Below, piece after piece: positions 31,194 through 40,907 of a DNA stretch of 64,000 bases (its first letter is position 1; every line of letters begins with the position of its first letter). Below the pieces are notes generated by a model, which did no database searches, was not told where the DNA came from, and was given only the letters and a program-made list of their open reading frames with translations. This DNA is from a virus. The DNA is taken from positions 117,956 to 181,955 of IMG/VR virus record IMGVR_UViG_3300005259_000074, one strand, 5' to 3'. Made by a program: the position numbers and the translations under genes.

Positions 31194-31745
31194 ATGACGT
31201 GGTACATCGGTGTCCCAGGTGGAGTGAAGTGGTTTAAGACCGACGTAGCTTCTACAGATCCAGCAGCCGCAGGCGGCACTCAGTGGACGAACGTAGACGT
31301 CGAAGCCGGCATAGAGCCGCTGGTGTACTACGATGCAGTAGCAGACACGTTCGTTGTGCAGGGTGGAGGAGTCGCAGAAGCTGACGGGGTGTACACCATG
31401 GACACCGCTCTCAACTACCAGCTGACTGGCGCATTTAGCAGTTCTTCTAGCTCTTCTTTCAGCTCATCGTCCTCTAGCAGTTCTAGCAGCTTCTCGTCGT
31501 CGAGCAGCTCTGAGAGCTCATCGTCGTCGAGCAGCCAGTACAGCAACTCGTCGACTTCTGGCAGTTCTCTCCAGCTAGTGATGTGGAGGAAGAGCGGAGC
31601 GGGAGTCTACTTAGGGTGCAACACGTATCTTTCTCTGCCGGCGTGGGCGTCTCTAGACAACTGGTTCTTGTACAGCGGATACTACTACTACTTCTCATAC
31701 CAGTACATGCTGTATGATTGCTCTGCTTTACCTATCCCACCATAA
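31194..31745 (+). CDS. Poly-Ser-containing hypothetical protein
   Basis: ATG 31194; central Ser tract about 31437-31568. Confidence 0.6.
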   Translation: MTWYIGVPGGVKWFKTDVASTDPAAAGGTQWTNVDVEAGIEPLVYYDAVADTFVVQGGGVAEADGVYTMDTALNYQLTGAFSSSSSSSFSSSSSSSSSSFSSSSSSESSSSSSSQYSNSSTSGSSLQLVMWRKSGAGVYLGCNTYLSLPAWASLDNWFLYSGYYYYFSYQYMLYDCSALPIPP

Positions 31746-31754
31746 CCACTCATG

Positions 31755-31762
31755 TATAAATA
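31755..31762 (+). promoter_or_regulatory. T4-type late promoter TATAAATA
   Basis: Exact motif heading the glycosyltransferase cluster. Confidence 0.75.
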
Positions 31763-31792
31763 ACACTCGTTATCTAGTGTGGAGTAGCATGT

Positions 31793-32608
31793 ATGAGTGA
31801 TCTCTTCAAGTTCGACCGATCAGTGTTTGTCGACGTAGACGACAAACGAGTGCAGATGTTGTTAGACAGTTCTCTGTCCCAACTAGAATTCATAAAACTC
31901 ATGAAAAACAGTGATCCTTGGGTAATCTCCAACGGAGAGCTGAAACTATTGACTGAAAAAGACATCCAAGCTGGAAAAGACAGCTTCGCAAAATTCAGAA
32001 GGGGTGTCATCCAAAAGACAGGTGGAATCACACCTGATCTCATTAAGACTTATAAAGATCTGATAATCAGTGTATATCCCGAAATGACAATCCATTATGA
32101 TAACACTGAGAAGGAGATATCAGAATCCGGGTGTCCAGAGTGCGCAATCAACGGAAAATATGCGAAACTTGTCGAGACTCTTGTGTCTCTAAAACCTGAC
32201 GGCAGAGATTTGTCAAAGTTATCAATCTTAGGGGACACGCCTCTGAAGAAACTCAGAGGAGAAGAGATAGACCCATCTACGATAGTGATCGAATACCCAG
32301 AGGGAGTCGAGCGCAGCCTCCCGAAGATGAAGACCGGAAATTCGAAGAGCGCTCCAGCCGGCGTTGTCACAGGCATTTTTCAGAGGCCTTCGTGCAAGCT
32401 GTGTGTCGTCAAACACCTCGCGTACGCGTTCGAGTGCCTGAAAGAAGTAGCGGCGGGATACACACTCGAGCGCGGGCACGACCACTTCGCTCTCGCAGTA
32501 GCCAGCCTCGAGCACGCAGAGCAAGAAGCTCTGAAAGACGACGCCAACTTAGCTGAGAAGATAAGAGACTTCCGGAACAGGCTGGAGTCAAAGGTGTCGT
32601 GGAAATGA
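31793..32608 (+). CDS. Hypothetical protein with two CxxC motifs
   Basis: CPEC and CKLCVVKH. Confidence 0.65.
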   Translation: MSDLFKFDRSVFVDVDDKRVQMLLDSSLSQLEFIKLMKNSDPWVISNGELKLLTEKDIQAGKDSFAKFRRGVIQKTGGITPDLIKTYKDLIISVYPEMTIHYDNTEKEISESGCPECAINGKYAKLVETLVSLKPDGRDLSKLSILGDTPLKKLRGEEIDPSTIVIEYPEGVERSLPKMKTGNSKSAPAGVVTGIFQRPSCKLCVVKHLAYAFECLKEVAAGYTLERGHDHFALAVASLEHAEQEALKDDANLAEKIRDFRNRLESKVSWK

Positions 32609-33735
32609 ACACCGCAGTCGCGTCCAGAGAGATGCTTGGTGAGCTGGAGAACCTCTTGACAGAGAGCCAGACCGGCATGGAGTTGGAGATCGGCGACAGA
32701 GCGGTGTCCGCTCTGGCTAGCGAAGTTGGAAAGCTGTTCAGAGACTCTGCTCTACTTCCGTTCGGAGAGCCGAAGAAGGTGATCCTCGAGAACTACCAGT
32801 CTCCCGGAGACTTAGTGATGATGACTGCAGCCGTCAGAGATCTTCACAGAGCTTATCCCAACAAGTTTATAACAGACGTTCGCACTTCTTGTGGAGACAT
32901 CTGGCTCAACAACCCCCACATAACTCACATAGACGACAAAGACCCAAAGGCGATAAGAATCAAAGCTGAATACCCGCTGATACACCAGAGCAACGGTGGG
33001 GCGCTCCCCTTCATACACGGTTTCGCGCAAGACCTCGCTGATAAACTAGGAATCCCGCGGTTCCCCATCACAAAGTTCGCAGGGGACATCCACATATCTC
33101 CTCAGGAGAACTCGTGGTACAGCGCTCCTTGGGAGATATTAGGGAAAGATGTCCCGTACTGGGTCATAGACGCTGGATACAAGACCGACTTTACCTGCAA
33201 GAACTGGGGAAAGAAGAACTGGCAGCAGCTCATCGAGATGTGCCCAGAGATACAGTTCGTCCAGATCGGCCACAAAGACCACATCCACCCGAAATTGACT
33301 GGTGACAACGTGATAGACTTAGTTGGGAAGACAGACACTCGCCAGCTGATCAGGCTGATCTACAACTCGTTCGGAGTCGTGACGCCGTGCAGCTTCCCGT
33401 TCGTGCTGGCGTACAGCGTGCCTCCGCACCCGCGGTTCAAGCGGAAGTCTAGGCCGTGCGTAGTCGTCGCCGGTGGTCGAGAACCCGTCGAATGGCAGCA
33501 AGCGCCGAACGTGATGTTCATGCACACCTGCGGAGCGCTCCCGTGCTGCGACTACGGTGGGTGCTGGGTCAGCCGCGTCAAACCCCTGGGAGACGGAGAC
33601 CACAAAGACAAGAACACCTGCCTCCACCCAGTCGCTTGGGGCGATGAGTTCATACCGCGGTGCATGCAGATGATCAGAGCTGACCACGTGGCTTACTGGA
33701 TAGAGACTACGACAGAGGAGCTGGACTTCAAGTGA
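32605..33735 (+). CDS. GT9 / ADP-heptosyltransferase-like glycosyltransferase with Cys-rich C-terminus
   Basis: SPGDLVM..NNPHI..KNW..VIDLVGKTDTRQLIRLI..PCCDYGGCW..C..RCM. Confidence 0.75.
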   Translation: MNTAVASREMLGELENLLTESQTGMELEIGDRAVSALASEVGKLFRDSALLPFGEPKKVILENYQSPGDLVMMTAAVRDLHRAYPNKFITDVRTSCGDIWLNNPHITHIDDKDPKAIRIKAEYPLIHQSNGGALPFIHGFAQDLADKLGIPRFPITKFAGDIHISPQENSWYSAPWEILGKDVPYWVIDAGYKTDFTCKNWGKKNWQQLIEMCPEIQFVQIGHKDHIHPKLTGDNVIDLVGKTDTRQLIRLIYNSFGVVTPCSFPFVLAYSVPPHPRFKRKSRPCVVVAGGREPVEWQQAPNVMFMHTCGALPCCDYGGCWVSRVKPLGDGDHKDKNTCLHPVAWGDEFIPRCMQMIRADHVAYWIETTTEELDFK

Positions 33736-34022
33736 GGTACGAGTGCGCTATCTGCGGCTACGCGAGCGACGAACGGAGTCGCGTGCACGAGCACCACATC
33801 ACTCCGCGCGCTTCCGGAGGCACTGAAGACAAGTGGAACAAAGTCGTGCTCTGCCCGAACTGCCACGCTAGAGTTCACGTCCCTGGAATGACGCACGGCA
33901 TCCACTCGGTCGTCAGAGAAGACTCGATAGTGATAAACTGCTGGAGGAACGACCACACGCTGCTAGAGTGGAGACTGGCTGGCAGTGACGTCTTGGCGTA
34001 CACTCCACACAAGACGCTCTAG
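33732..34022 (+). CDS. Small HNH endonuclease-like protein
   Basis: CAIC..HHITP..GG..N..LCPNCH. Confidence 0.75.
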   Translation: MRYECAICGYASDERSRVHEHHITPRASGGTEDKWNKVVLCPNCHARVHVPGMTHGIHSVVREDSIVINCWRNDHTLLEWRLAGSDVLAYTPHKTL

Positions 34023-34249
34023 AACGTGTTTGCGAGGGTTCTGAGAAGGAGGAAGATGCGAGTCAGTGGTTACCGTTGTCGGAACGATGAAAGTGATCTG
34101 CGCCGCTGGAATGAACTTAACAAACTCAAAGATAGTTCACAGTATCTGTTAAGTGCTCTGACCACCAGTTCAAAAATCTTCATCTGAGCAGTATTTTCAA
34201 GAGTTAATCCAGAGGACGGTTAAGAATAAAGGAGTTGAAGGGAAGTAGT

Positions 34250-34352
34250 AAACAATGTACTGTTTATAACAGTATACATTCAATTGATCAATTTCAGTAT
34301 ACATTATTGATTCAATAATTCAATATACATTCAATTTATTGATTCAATAAAC
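34250..34352. repeat. AT-rich tract with repeated palindromes
   Basis: TTATTGATTCAATAA at 34304-34318 and 34336-34350; AATTGATCAATT at 34282-34293; TATACATT three times. Confidence 0.7.
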
Positions 34353-34385
34353 ATTAGTACGAGTGGAACGAAAGATCTTCGAAAA

Positions 34386-35213
34386 ATGACCACAGTGTTA
34401 TCCGACTTCTCCCGTAAGAGAGCTCTAGAACAGTGTCGAGGAGCTAAGAAAGTCCTCGTAGACTTCGCGCACGGTCTCGGCGACACGGTGATGTTCCTCC
34501 CAGTTTTCGACGAGTTTCGTAAGAACGTCTCAGATGCACGCGTAGACTTGTTGACTCACTTCGGCCAAGAAGAGGTGTTCGGCGTCAAGACTGTTCAGTA
34601 CTCGGAATACGATGTAGTGCTGACGTTGCCTTACGCCATGGCCGAGAACAGCGGGTCTACGAAGTCGGAAGCGTGCTGCGTCAGAGAACTCGGGATATTG
34701 CCGAATGCGGTGAAAGACAACTTGAAGTCTGCGTGGTACAGAGACAACTACTCCCGAGTGTTCAGCTCGGACGAATCGTTCCGGAAGTCTAGTCCTTTCG
34801 TGCTGTTCGCCTTCCAGAGCACCGCCCTCCCAGACCCGTGCAACTGTCCTCCGCAGTTAGCTGAGACTCTCTGGAGAGAAGCCGAGAGCGTCGGGAAGAT
34901 ACCGATTGAATGCCACTTCTCCCACTGCTTCGCCAACCCCCGCAACGCACAGTACCCTTTCGTGGGGAACTCCACTACCAGGAAGCTACCACCCAGAGTG
35001 CAATTGCTCGCCGACACGGTGAAGACCAGCTTCGCGTTCGTCGGAGTCGCGACGGGCTCCACTGTCGTCGCCATGGCCGGGAGCTCTCTTAGGACGGCTT
35101 TCCTAGAGAGGGCGTACCACAGGAGAGACTACTTCACTGAGGTGGGTCCGACGTTCAGCATCGACGACTACCGCCCCGGCAGCCTGGCCGCGTGGCTGAG
35201 AGGACTGGAGTGA
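34386..35213 (+). CDS. GT9-like glycosyltransferase
   Basis: HGLGDTVMFLP..FVGVATG GT-B motifs. Confidence 0.65.
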   Translation: MTTVLSDFSRKRALEQCRGAKKVLVDFAHGLGDTVMFLPVFDEFRKNVSDARVDLLTHFGQEEVFGVKTVQYSEYDVVLTLPYAMAENSGSTKSEACCVRELGILPNAVKDNLKSAWYRDNYSRVFSSDESFRKSSPFVLFAFQSTALPDPCNCPPQLAETLWREAESVGKIPIECHFSHCFANPRNAQYPFVGNSTTRKLPPRVQLLADTVKTSFAFVGVATGSTVVAMAGSSLRTAFLERAYHRRDYFTEVGPTFSIDDYRPGSLAAWLRGLE

Positions 35214-35217
35214 CACC

Positions 35218-36159
35218 GTGAGAGCGTTCGTGCTATCTTGTGACGAGAACTACGTCGAGTACCTCAGGGCCTTCATCGGTAGCGTGCAGCGCCGTGGGAT
35301 AGACGCGCGCGTCGTAGTAGTCCACCCTCCGGGGTTGAGGCTTCCAGCGGGTTGCGTATCTTTCGTGAACTCCAGGCCTCGAGAGTACTTGAAGACCGGT
35401 GGTAAGATGAAGGGGAAGACCCACAGCAACATCGGTTTCTGCCGGTGGGCCAGCATCCCTAAGATAGCTGCCATGGGCTACAGTTCGCTCTGCCTGATGG
35501 ACGCCGACATGATGGTGACTTCTAAGCGCGTGGAGAACTTGTTCGACGCCGTAGAGGGGACGTCTGTCATAGTCGGCGGAGACGAGGAGTCTAAGTGGGG
35601 GTTGGGACCGCAGTACCGGTACGTGAGAAAAGACGGATCGGACGTCAAGTTCTGCCAAGACCGCGCTGACCTGACTAGGATGAACTCTTTCTTCTGCATG
35701 CCGGTGTTCTTAGATGGAAGAGACCCGAATATCGTAGCGCTGTGCGAGAAGATAGAAGAAGTCAAGTACACCTCTTATCAGGAGAGAGACGGCAACGTCG
35801 ACTTCTTGTGCGACATGTTCACCCACAACCTGTGCGTGCACGAGACGGGTTTAGACCGACGAGTCGTGCAAGTGCCGATGGCGCAGACTACTCAAGTGCA
35901 CTTCGTGGGATACACTCCGTTCGACCTGATCAGGGAAGAAGCCGGAGACTGGTACACCAAAGATGGTCTGCCGGTCTACTCCATGCACGGTAAGTTCGCG
36001 TCTAAGACGTTCGTCAAAGACTACATGTGGGGTTGCAATCGCAAGCTAGAGCTGTGGGGGATACAGAAGCAGATGGAGCACTACTTGCCGGAAGCTCAGA
36101 AGGTGCTCGAGAGGGTCCAAGCAGAGTGGAGGCTGTGCCATGATTCAGTTCGCGCGTGA
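35218..36159 (+). CDS. GT-A fold (GT8-like) glycosyltransferase
   Basis: SCDENY..LMDADM DxD motif. Confidence 0.6.
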   Translation: MRAFVLSCDENYVEYLRAFIGSVQRRGIDARVVVVHPPGLRLPAGCVSFVNSRPREYLKTGGKMKGKTHSNIGFCRWASIPKIAAMGYSSLCLMDADMMVTSKRVENLFDAVEGTSVIVGGDEESKWGLGPQYRYVRKDGSDVKFCQDRADLTRMNSFFCMPVFLDGRDPNIVALCEKIEEVKYTSYQERDGNVDFLCDMFTHNLCVHETGLDRRVVQVPMAQTTQVHFVGYTPFDLIREEAGDWYTKDGLPVYSMHGKFASKTFVKDYMWGCNRKLELWGIQKQMEHYLPEAQKVLERVQAEWRLCHDSVRA

Positions 36160-36766
36160 CGAGTTCGGCTTCTGGAAGCAAGTTGACCCCTCCCCTTTCG
36201 TGTACACGGAGGAGTACAAGAGCCGCCAGTCGACGAACGAAGCGATGTCTTTCCTCAGGCTGGGGTGGTTGGCGGCTCATTTGGGGCTCTCGGAGATGAA
36301 GAAGATGCGAGCAGTCGACGTCGGTTGCGGCAATGGGGAGTTCGTCAAACACGCTCAGAACTTCTTCTCGAGGGCTGTCGGCTACGACGTGGCTGGGAAC
36401 AGCATATCTGAGCGAGAGCTAGCCGAGACGGAGTGGGACTTAGTAGTGCTGTCTGACGTGTTGGAGCACTACTCAGACATCGACGACCTGTTCGACCTGA
36501 AGTGGAAGTTCGCGTTCGTCTCGTTCCCGGAGACACCTCGTGTAGACGACTGGAGAGAGCTCCAGTCGATGGGTTTTCGGCACTTCAAGCCGGACGAACA
36601 CCTGTGGATGATGAACTCGCTGGGTTTTAGAGAGTGGTCCGCGCGGTTAGGAGCTGAGACAATAGCTGAAGACTGCTTCGAAGACGCGATCAGGACTAGG
36701 TGGGACCCACGCGTGAGGAACATCAGCAGTTTCTTGTTGAAGAGGCACCCATTCCCCTATAAATAG
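36140..36766 (+). CDS. Class I SAM-dependent methyltransferase
   Basis: VDVGCGNG..DVLEH. Confidence 0.8.
   Translation: MIQFARDEFGFWKQVDPSPFVYTEEYKSRQSTNEAMSFLRLGWLAAHLGLSEMKKMRAVDVGCGNGEFVKHAQNFFSRAVGYDVAGNSISERELAETEWDLVVLSDVLEHYSDIDDLFDLKWKFAFVSFPETPRVDDWRELQSMGFRHFKPDEHLWMMNSLGFREWSARLGAETIAEDCFEDAIRTRWDPRVRNISSFLLKRHPFPYK
36758..36765 (+). promoter_or_regulatory. T4-type late promoter TATAAATA
   Basis: Exact motif upstream of ATG 36794. Confidence 0.7.
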
Positions 36767-36793
36767 TTCCAAACTGAGGACGGGCCCGTTCTG

Positions 36794-38011
36794 ATGTCTC
36801 TTCTACCGAACAGCGATTACGACAAGATCCGAATCTACCCAAACGAGTACGTCACCAACGGTACTGTCAACAGGGGCGTCAGACGCCTCTTGGAGAACGA
36901 CACTTGGCTAGAAGACCACATATCCGGAGCGGTGTCGGCTTCTTCTATAATGAACGCCCTCTCAGCGGAGATCACCGCTGTCGGGATCGAGACGGACGAC
37001 GTGTACTCGACGGTCGCCGCCAACTCCGGAGTGTGGAGCACCGGTTCTCAGGGAGACGTAGCGGGACCCGCTACGAACCACAACTCTTACGTTCCCCAGT
37101 GGGACGGAGCTAACTCCAAACTGCTCAAAGACGGACTTCCAGTGGGAAACGGAGCTGGGTCGCTCGTCTCCAGGCCTAACGTCAACACGCTGGCGGCCGA
37201 CGCTCTGGTCGCCATAACAACTAATGGATCGGTGACAGTCGGAGGCCTCGCCATTAAGAACGCAGCTCCTTACTTGGGGAGCGACGCCGTCGGTGACATA
37301 TGGTTCCGAGGTGGATTGGGCATGTCCAGACTTCCTTTGGGGTCTAACGGGCAAGTCCTGACCGTCAGCACAGTCACGTCTCAGCCGGTATGGGCAGGGC
37401 TTCCGCTCCTCACGTCAGTGTACTCTACCGTGCAGTCTGGGTCTGCTTCGTGGACGACTGCTGGCAACTACGTGGGGACGAACTCCTCTAACATAACTCT
37501 GAAAGCTAACACGTTCAACGGAGCTAACCAGCTAGTCGAGCTGACTGCTTCTGGGTACTTGCCCGCTCTGAACGGCAGCGCTCTGACGAATCTGAACGCT
37601 GGGAACATCAGCACGGGCGTCCTGTCGGCGAGCCGCGGAGGAGCGGGTGCTTCTAACGGCATCTTGTACGCCAACGGCTCGGGCGTCGTTAACTCTCTGG
37701 CTGTTAGTGGGGAACTGGTGTATTCCGCCGGTGTCTTGTCGGCGCCGCGGGTCTACGTCGAGAATAAGACGTCTGGATTCGTGATGTCGAGTTCGGACTT
37801 AGGTAAGTTAGTGCTGTTCGAGTCGTCGACTCCTTCCGGCCAAGTGATGAACCTCATAGCAGCTCCGGCTAACGGCAGTCTGACTGTCAGAGTCAAGAAT
37901 GAATCTACGAACGTCGTGACTCTCAGTGGAGACATCAACGGGACTACTACTTATGGACTCTCGGGGAGCATTACGCTGATATCAGACGGTTCTACTTGGC
38001 ACACGTTCTGA
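36794..38011 (+). CDS. Tail fibre-like protein
   Basis: NRGVRRLLEND N-terminus, LGSNGQVLTV and LISDGSTW fibre motifs. Confidence 0.65.
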   Translation: MSLLPNSDYDKIRIYPNEYVTNGTVNRGVRRLLENDTWLEDHISGAVSASSIMNALSAEITAVGIETDDVYSTVAANSGVWSTGSQGDVAGPATNHNSYVPQWDGANSKLLKDGLPVGNGAGSLVSRPNVNTLAADALVAITTNGSVTVGGLAIKNAAPYLGSDAVGDIWFRGGLGMSRLPLGSNGQVLTVSTVTSQPVWAGLPLLTSVYSTVQSGSASWTTAGNYVGTNSSNITLKANTFNGANQLVELTASGYLPALNGSALTNLNAGNISTGVLSASRGGAGASNGILYANGSGVVNSLAVSGELVYSAGVLSAPRVYVENKTSGFVMSSSDLGKLVLFESSTPSGQVMNLIAAPANGSLTVRVKNESTNVVTLSGDINGTTTYGLSGSITLISDGSTWHTF

Positions 38012-38016
38012 GTCGA

Positions 38017-38313
38017 TCACTCGGGTGCCTCTTCCTTGGTCTTCTTTTTCTTAGCGATGTACTTGATATAGCCGTTGCGCTGCTTTGGGATCGCAGAGTA
38101 GGCCCACCTGTACACCTGTTCTGGCTCTAGAGTACCCTGGAACTTGTTCAACATCTGCGCATATGGCATGAGTTCTTCTCTCATCGAGAGGTACCGAGCG
38201 AGCATGAAGGTCGAGAAAGAAGATCTGAAGTTGACGTCTTCCCACATGTTACCTCCGCTCTTCTTCATCAGGATGTCTGACATTATCTCGTAGAAGTTGT
38301 TGTTCTTAGCCAT
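38017..38313 (-). CDS. Clamp loader small subunit (T4 gp62-like)
   Basis: FMLARYLSM..AQMLN..L..EQ.Y...IPK...IKY pattern. Confidence 0.6.
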   Translation of the reverse strand: MAKNNNFYEIMSDILMKKSGGNMWEDVNFRSSFSTFMLARYLSMREELMPYAQMLNKFQGTLEPEQVYRWAYSAIPKQRNGYIKYIAKKKKTKEEAPE

Positions 38314-39145
38314 CCAGTTTGTCCTCTCTGTGGAATTTCCTGATCCTCTTGTTTACCCATCTCACCAGTTCTTTGTCGCTGTTCAAGACATCTTTCTTCA
38401 AGAAACGGATGTCTCGCTTCTCGCTATCAAGATACCCTCCATCGCCGGGCGTCCCACCCGGTTTTTGGTCGACCGGCCTCATTAGTGCGTCCATAATGTC
38501 GTCTCTCTTGAAGAATTCGACGAGAGACAACACGAAGAGTATGTTCATCTCGATCTCTTCCATGTCTTTAGTCCCTTCGTGAGCTCTGAACTCAAACGTG
38601 CGTCGATCATTCCAATAAGTCAGAGACAGCATAGAGTGGTGGTCTCCGCTATTGTCTAGCGCGTCAGCTAAGATGTCGCAGACCCTCGGAGTTCTTTCTC
38701 CCTCTTCATCCGAGGTTTCTACTAGAGGTTTAGAATAACCTCCTCCAGTGAGGCGAGAACTAGGGTAGAGCATCTTTATGGGAGACTCGAGGCTCGTCCA
38801 CGGCACTATCAGCTTCTCCAGCGGGAGGTCTGGGACGTGGACGTGGACGTGAAACCCGTCAGAGTCGGTGACTCTGACGCGGTTCTTGTTGAGCAGTGCG
38901 ACTATCTTCTTCAGGCGCTTGTACTCGGGTGACTGCAGAGTCAACTTTGGAGATGCTAACTCGCATCCAGTAGATATGTCTGTCTTGAGGTCCCACTGCT
39001 TGCCGGTAGAATCGCGGTGGCTGCACTCGGAGTTGAGCATCTTCGCACTATTGTGGAATGCGCTCTTGATGGCGTTCTTCACCTCGTCGAAATCGGAGGA
39101 GAACTCCAATTCTATGCCAAATTTCCTGGATTGCATGTTCATCAC
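38306..39145 (-). CDS. Putative amidoligase (Amidoligase_2-like)
   Basis: FGIELEF..DIS.GCELASP..GFHVHV..TFEFR. Confidence 0.75.
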   Translation of the reverse strand: MMNMQSRKFGIELEFSSDFDEVKNAIKSAFHNSAKMLNSECSHRDSTGKQWDLKTDISTGCELASPKLTLQSPEYKRLKKIVALLNKNRVRVTDSDGFHVHVHVPDLPLEKLIVPWTSLESPIKMLYPSSRLTGGGYSKPLVETSDEEGERTPRVCDILADALDNSGDHHSMLSLTYWNDRRTFEFRAHEGTKDMEEIEMNILFVLSLVEFFKRDDIMDALMRPVDQKPGGTPGDGGYLDSEKRDIRFLKKDVLNSDKELVRWVNKRIRKFHREDKLDG

Positions 39146-39211
39146 AGCACCTCAGTAGATTGGTTCACACTCTATTTATGAACCTAATCTTACTGAGAAT
39201 AGAATACTACT

Positions 39212-39496
39212 TCAAACATTTTCTAGAGCATTTTCTATGATGAACTCAGAGACCTCTTCATCTTTGCAGGTACAGCCCTTTGCGCAGCTGTCATTCCTGT
39301 TGGCGCATTTCTCCGGTAAGTGGCACTCCAGACTTCCGTCTTCTCTCTTGAGAGCTACGTTGTCGTACCATATAGTGACTTTCATAGCATTATCTAGAGC
39401 CATACATTCTGCGTTGACGCGCATGACTCTGAAACTCTTCGTCTCGTGTGAAGTTAACATATTGATGTAGTCAATGAACATCACGTCGGGATTCAT
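39212..39496 (-). CDS. Cys-rich hypothetical protein
   Basis: Coupled ORF ending ALENV. Confidence 0.6.
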   Translation of the reverse strand: MNPDVMFIDYINMLTSHETKSFRVMRVNAECMALDNAMKVTIWYDNVALKREDGSLECHLPEKCANRNDSCAKGCTCKDEEVSEFIIENALENV

Positions 39497-39825
39497 AAAT
39501 CCTCCAGAGCGAATATGAGGTCATCATGCATCGCCAATTCGATTGCTTCTGGGTGTTTGCACTCTCGAATGCGGTCTCCAGTAGCGAAGGGTTGCGACGC
39601 GTGCTTGCAGAACCTGTAAGAGTCTTCAGTCGTCTCTTCGTATCTGTCGCACGCGTGCTCATTCACGAAACGGAACTTAGGTATGCAAGTGTTGTCGCAT
39701 ATGACGACGTCGTCTGTCGCTCTGCACTTCCCAGCGATCTCGTAGAATCTTCCTTTTCCGTGCGAGTCGCCGTTGTTGGCAGCAAAGTATCCTCGAAGAG
39801 AGCCGCACAACACACCTTTGAACAT
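39493..39825 (-). CDS. Cys-rich paralog family member (MFKG type)
   Basis: MFKGV..CDRY..CKH..CKHP..ALEDL. Confidence 0.65.
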   Translation of the reverse strand: MFKGVLCGSLRGYFAANNGDSHGKGRFYEIAGKCRATDDVVICDNTCIPKFRFVNEHACDRYEETTEDSYRFCKHASQPFATGDRIRECKHPEAIELAMHDDLIFALEDL

Positions 39826-39854
39826 AGACGATCACCTCTGTCTAGAGTACTCGC

Positions 39855-40058
39855 TCATATGTCCTCGAGTTTGTCGACGATGTCTTCGTCCGCGAAACCT
39901 ACTTCGCGCCACTCACCTCCTAAGAGTGGATCCCACACGAATAGTTCTTTGATGTCAGCGAACTCCAACCACCGATTTTCACCGTTGAGAGTGCGCTTTC
40001 GGAACAGGAATTTCCTCCTGATCCTCATTTCACCTTGTTTAGGCTCTTCCCATCTCAT
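39855..40058 (-). CDS. Hypothetical protein
   Basis: MRWEEPKQ..KLEDI; ATGA overlap with the upstream ORF. Confidence 0.6.
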   Translation of the reverse strand: MRWEEPKQGEMRIRRKFLFRKRTLNGENRWLEFADIKELFVWDPLLGGEWREVGFADEDIVDKLEDI

Positions 40059-40231
40059 CGCTTCTCCGCACTGACGCTGTACATGGCGACTTGCAGCTCT
40101 ATGTTCTTCAGCTCTACTTGCTTCTCCATGTAGTAGTGCACGAGGTTCCACGCGACTGCGGCGATGATGACCACTGCTATGATGGTCCCGCAGCCACTTC
40201 CTCTATTAACTACGACCGTGTTCTCCGCCAT
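40055..40231 (-). CDS. Small single-pass membrane protein; absent from ORF track
   Basis: MAENTVVVNRGSGCGTIIAVVIIAAVAWNLVHYY..; SD AGGAG. Confidence 0.55.
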   Translation of the reverse strand: MAENTVVVNRGSGCGTIIAVVIIAAVAWNLVHYYMEKQVELKNIELQVAMYSVSAEKR

Positions 40232-40253
40232 TGTGATACGTCTCCTTTGGTGT

Positions 40254-40514
40254 TCATATGAAAATCTTATAAAGCATCTTTTTATAGATCAGCATGATCA
40301 GCAGACCTTTGCCGTCTATCTTGATGTTGAACTTAGAGTAAAAGAGATTGTGTTTCTCTTCCCATTCTATATCCAATTTTTTCTTAGACTTCTCATTCTC
40401 GAGGAATTTTCTCAATTTCCTCCTCGAAAAGAAATCGCTAGTCGCAGTTAAAGACGTGAAATACATCGTATCAGCATGTAATTCCCAGTCTCTCACTATC
40501 TCCTCGTTGGTCAT
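40254..40514 (-). CDS. Hypothetical protein
   Basis: Coupled ORF. Confidence 0.5.
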   Translation of the reverse strand: MTNEEIVRDWELHADTMYFTSLTATSDFFSRRKLRKFLENEKSKKKLDIEWEEKHNLFYSKFNIKIDGKGLLIMLIYKKMLYKIFI

Positions 40515-40882
40515 TTCTTCTCTACTTCACCGGAGTTCTCCCTGATGTCGAATGTCCTGCGGCAAAACGTCTTAGGATTCCAGATGTCTCGGCCGCCCAT
40601 GTGATAATAGCCGAATATGTAGACTCTCCTTACTTTGAAATTAGGAGTAGACTCCGGGAGCACGGATACTACGGCGACATCTCCGTCATCGAAGGTCACG
40701 CTTTCGATTTTTCCTTCTACTGGGAAATCATTCTTCGGTTGGAGACGATCTATGTCAGTGATGATCTGTTGTGTGTGTTCTATGTGCATTTTGTCAAAAT
40801 GAGCGCACGAGTAGCTTATGGCAGCAACACATGCTGTCACTATTGCGACAATGATTCCAACTGTTATCAATACTTCTTTCAT
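40511..40882 (-). CDS. Membrane-anchored hypothetical protein
   Basis: N-terminal hydrophobic helix. Confidence 0.6.
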   Translation of the reverse strand: MKEVLITVGIIVAIVTACVAAISYSCAHFDKMHIEHTQQIITDIDRLQPKNDFPVEGKIESVTFDDGDVAVVSVLPESTPNFKVRRVYIFGYYHMGGRDIWNPKTFCRRTFDIRENSGEVEKK

Positions 40883-40907
40883 ATCATTTTCCTTTTCAGA
40901 TGTTGGG

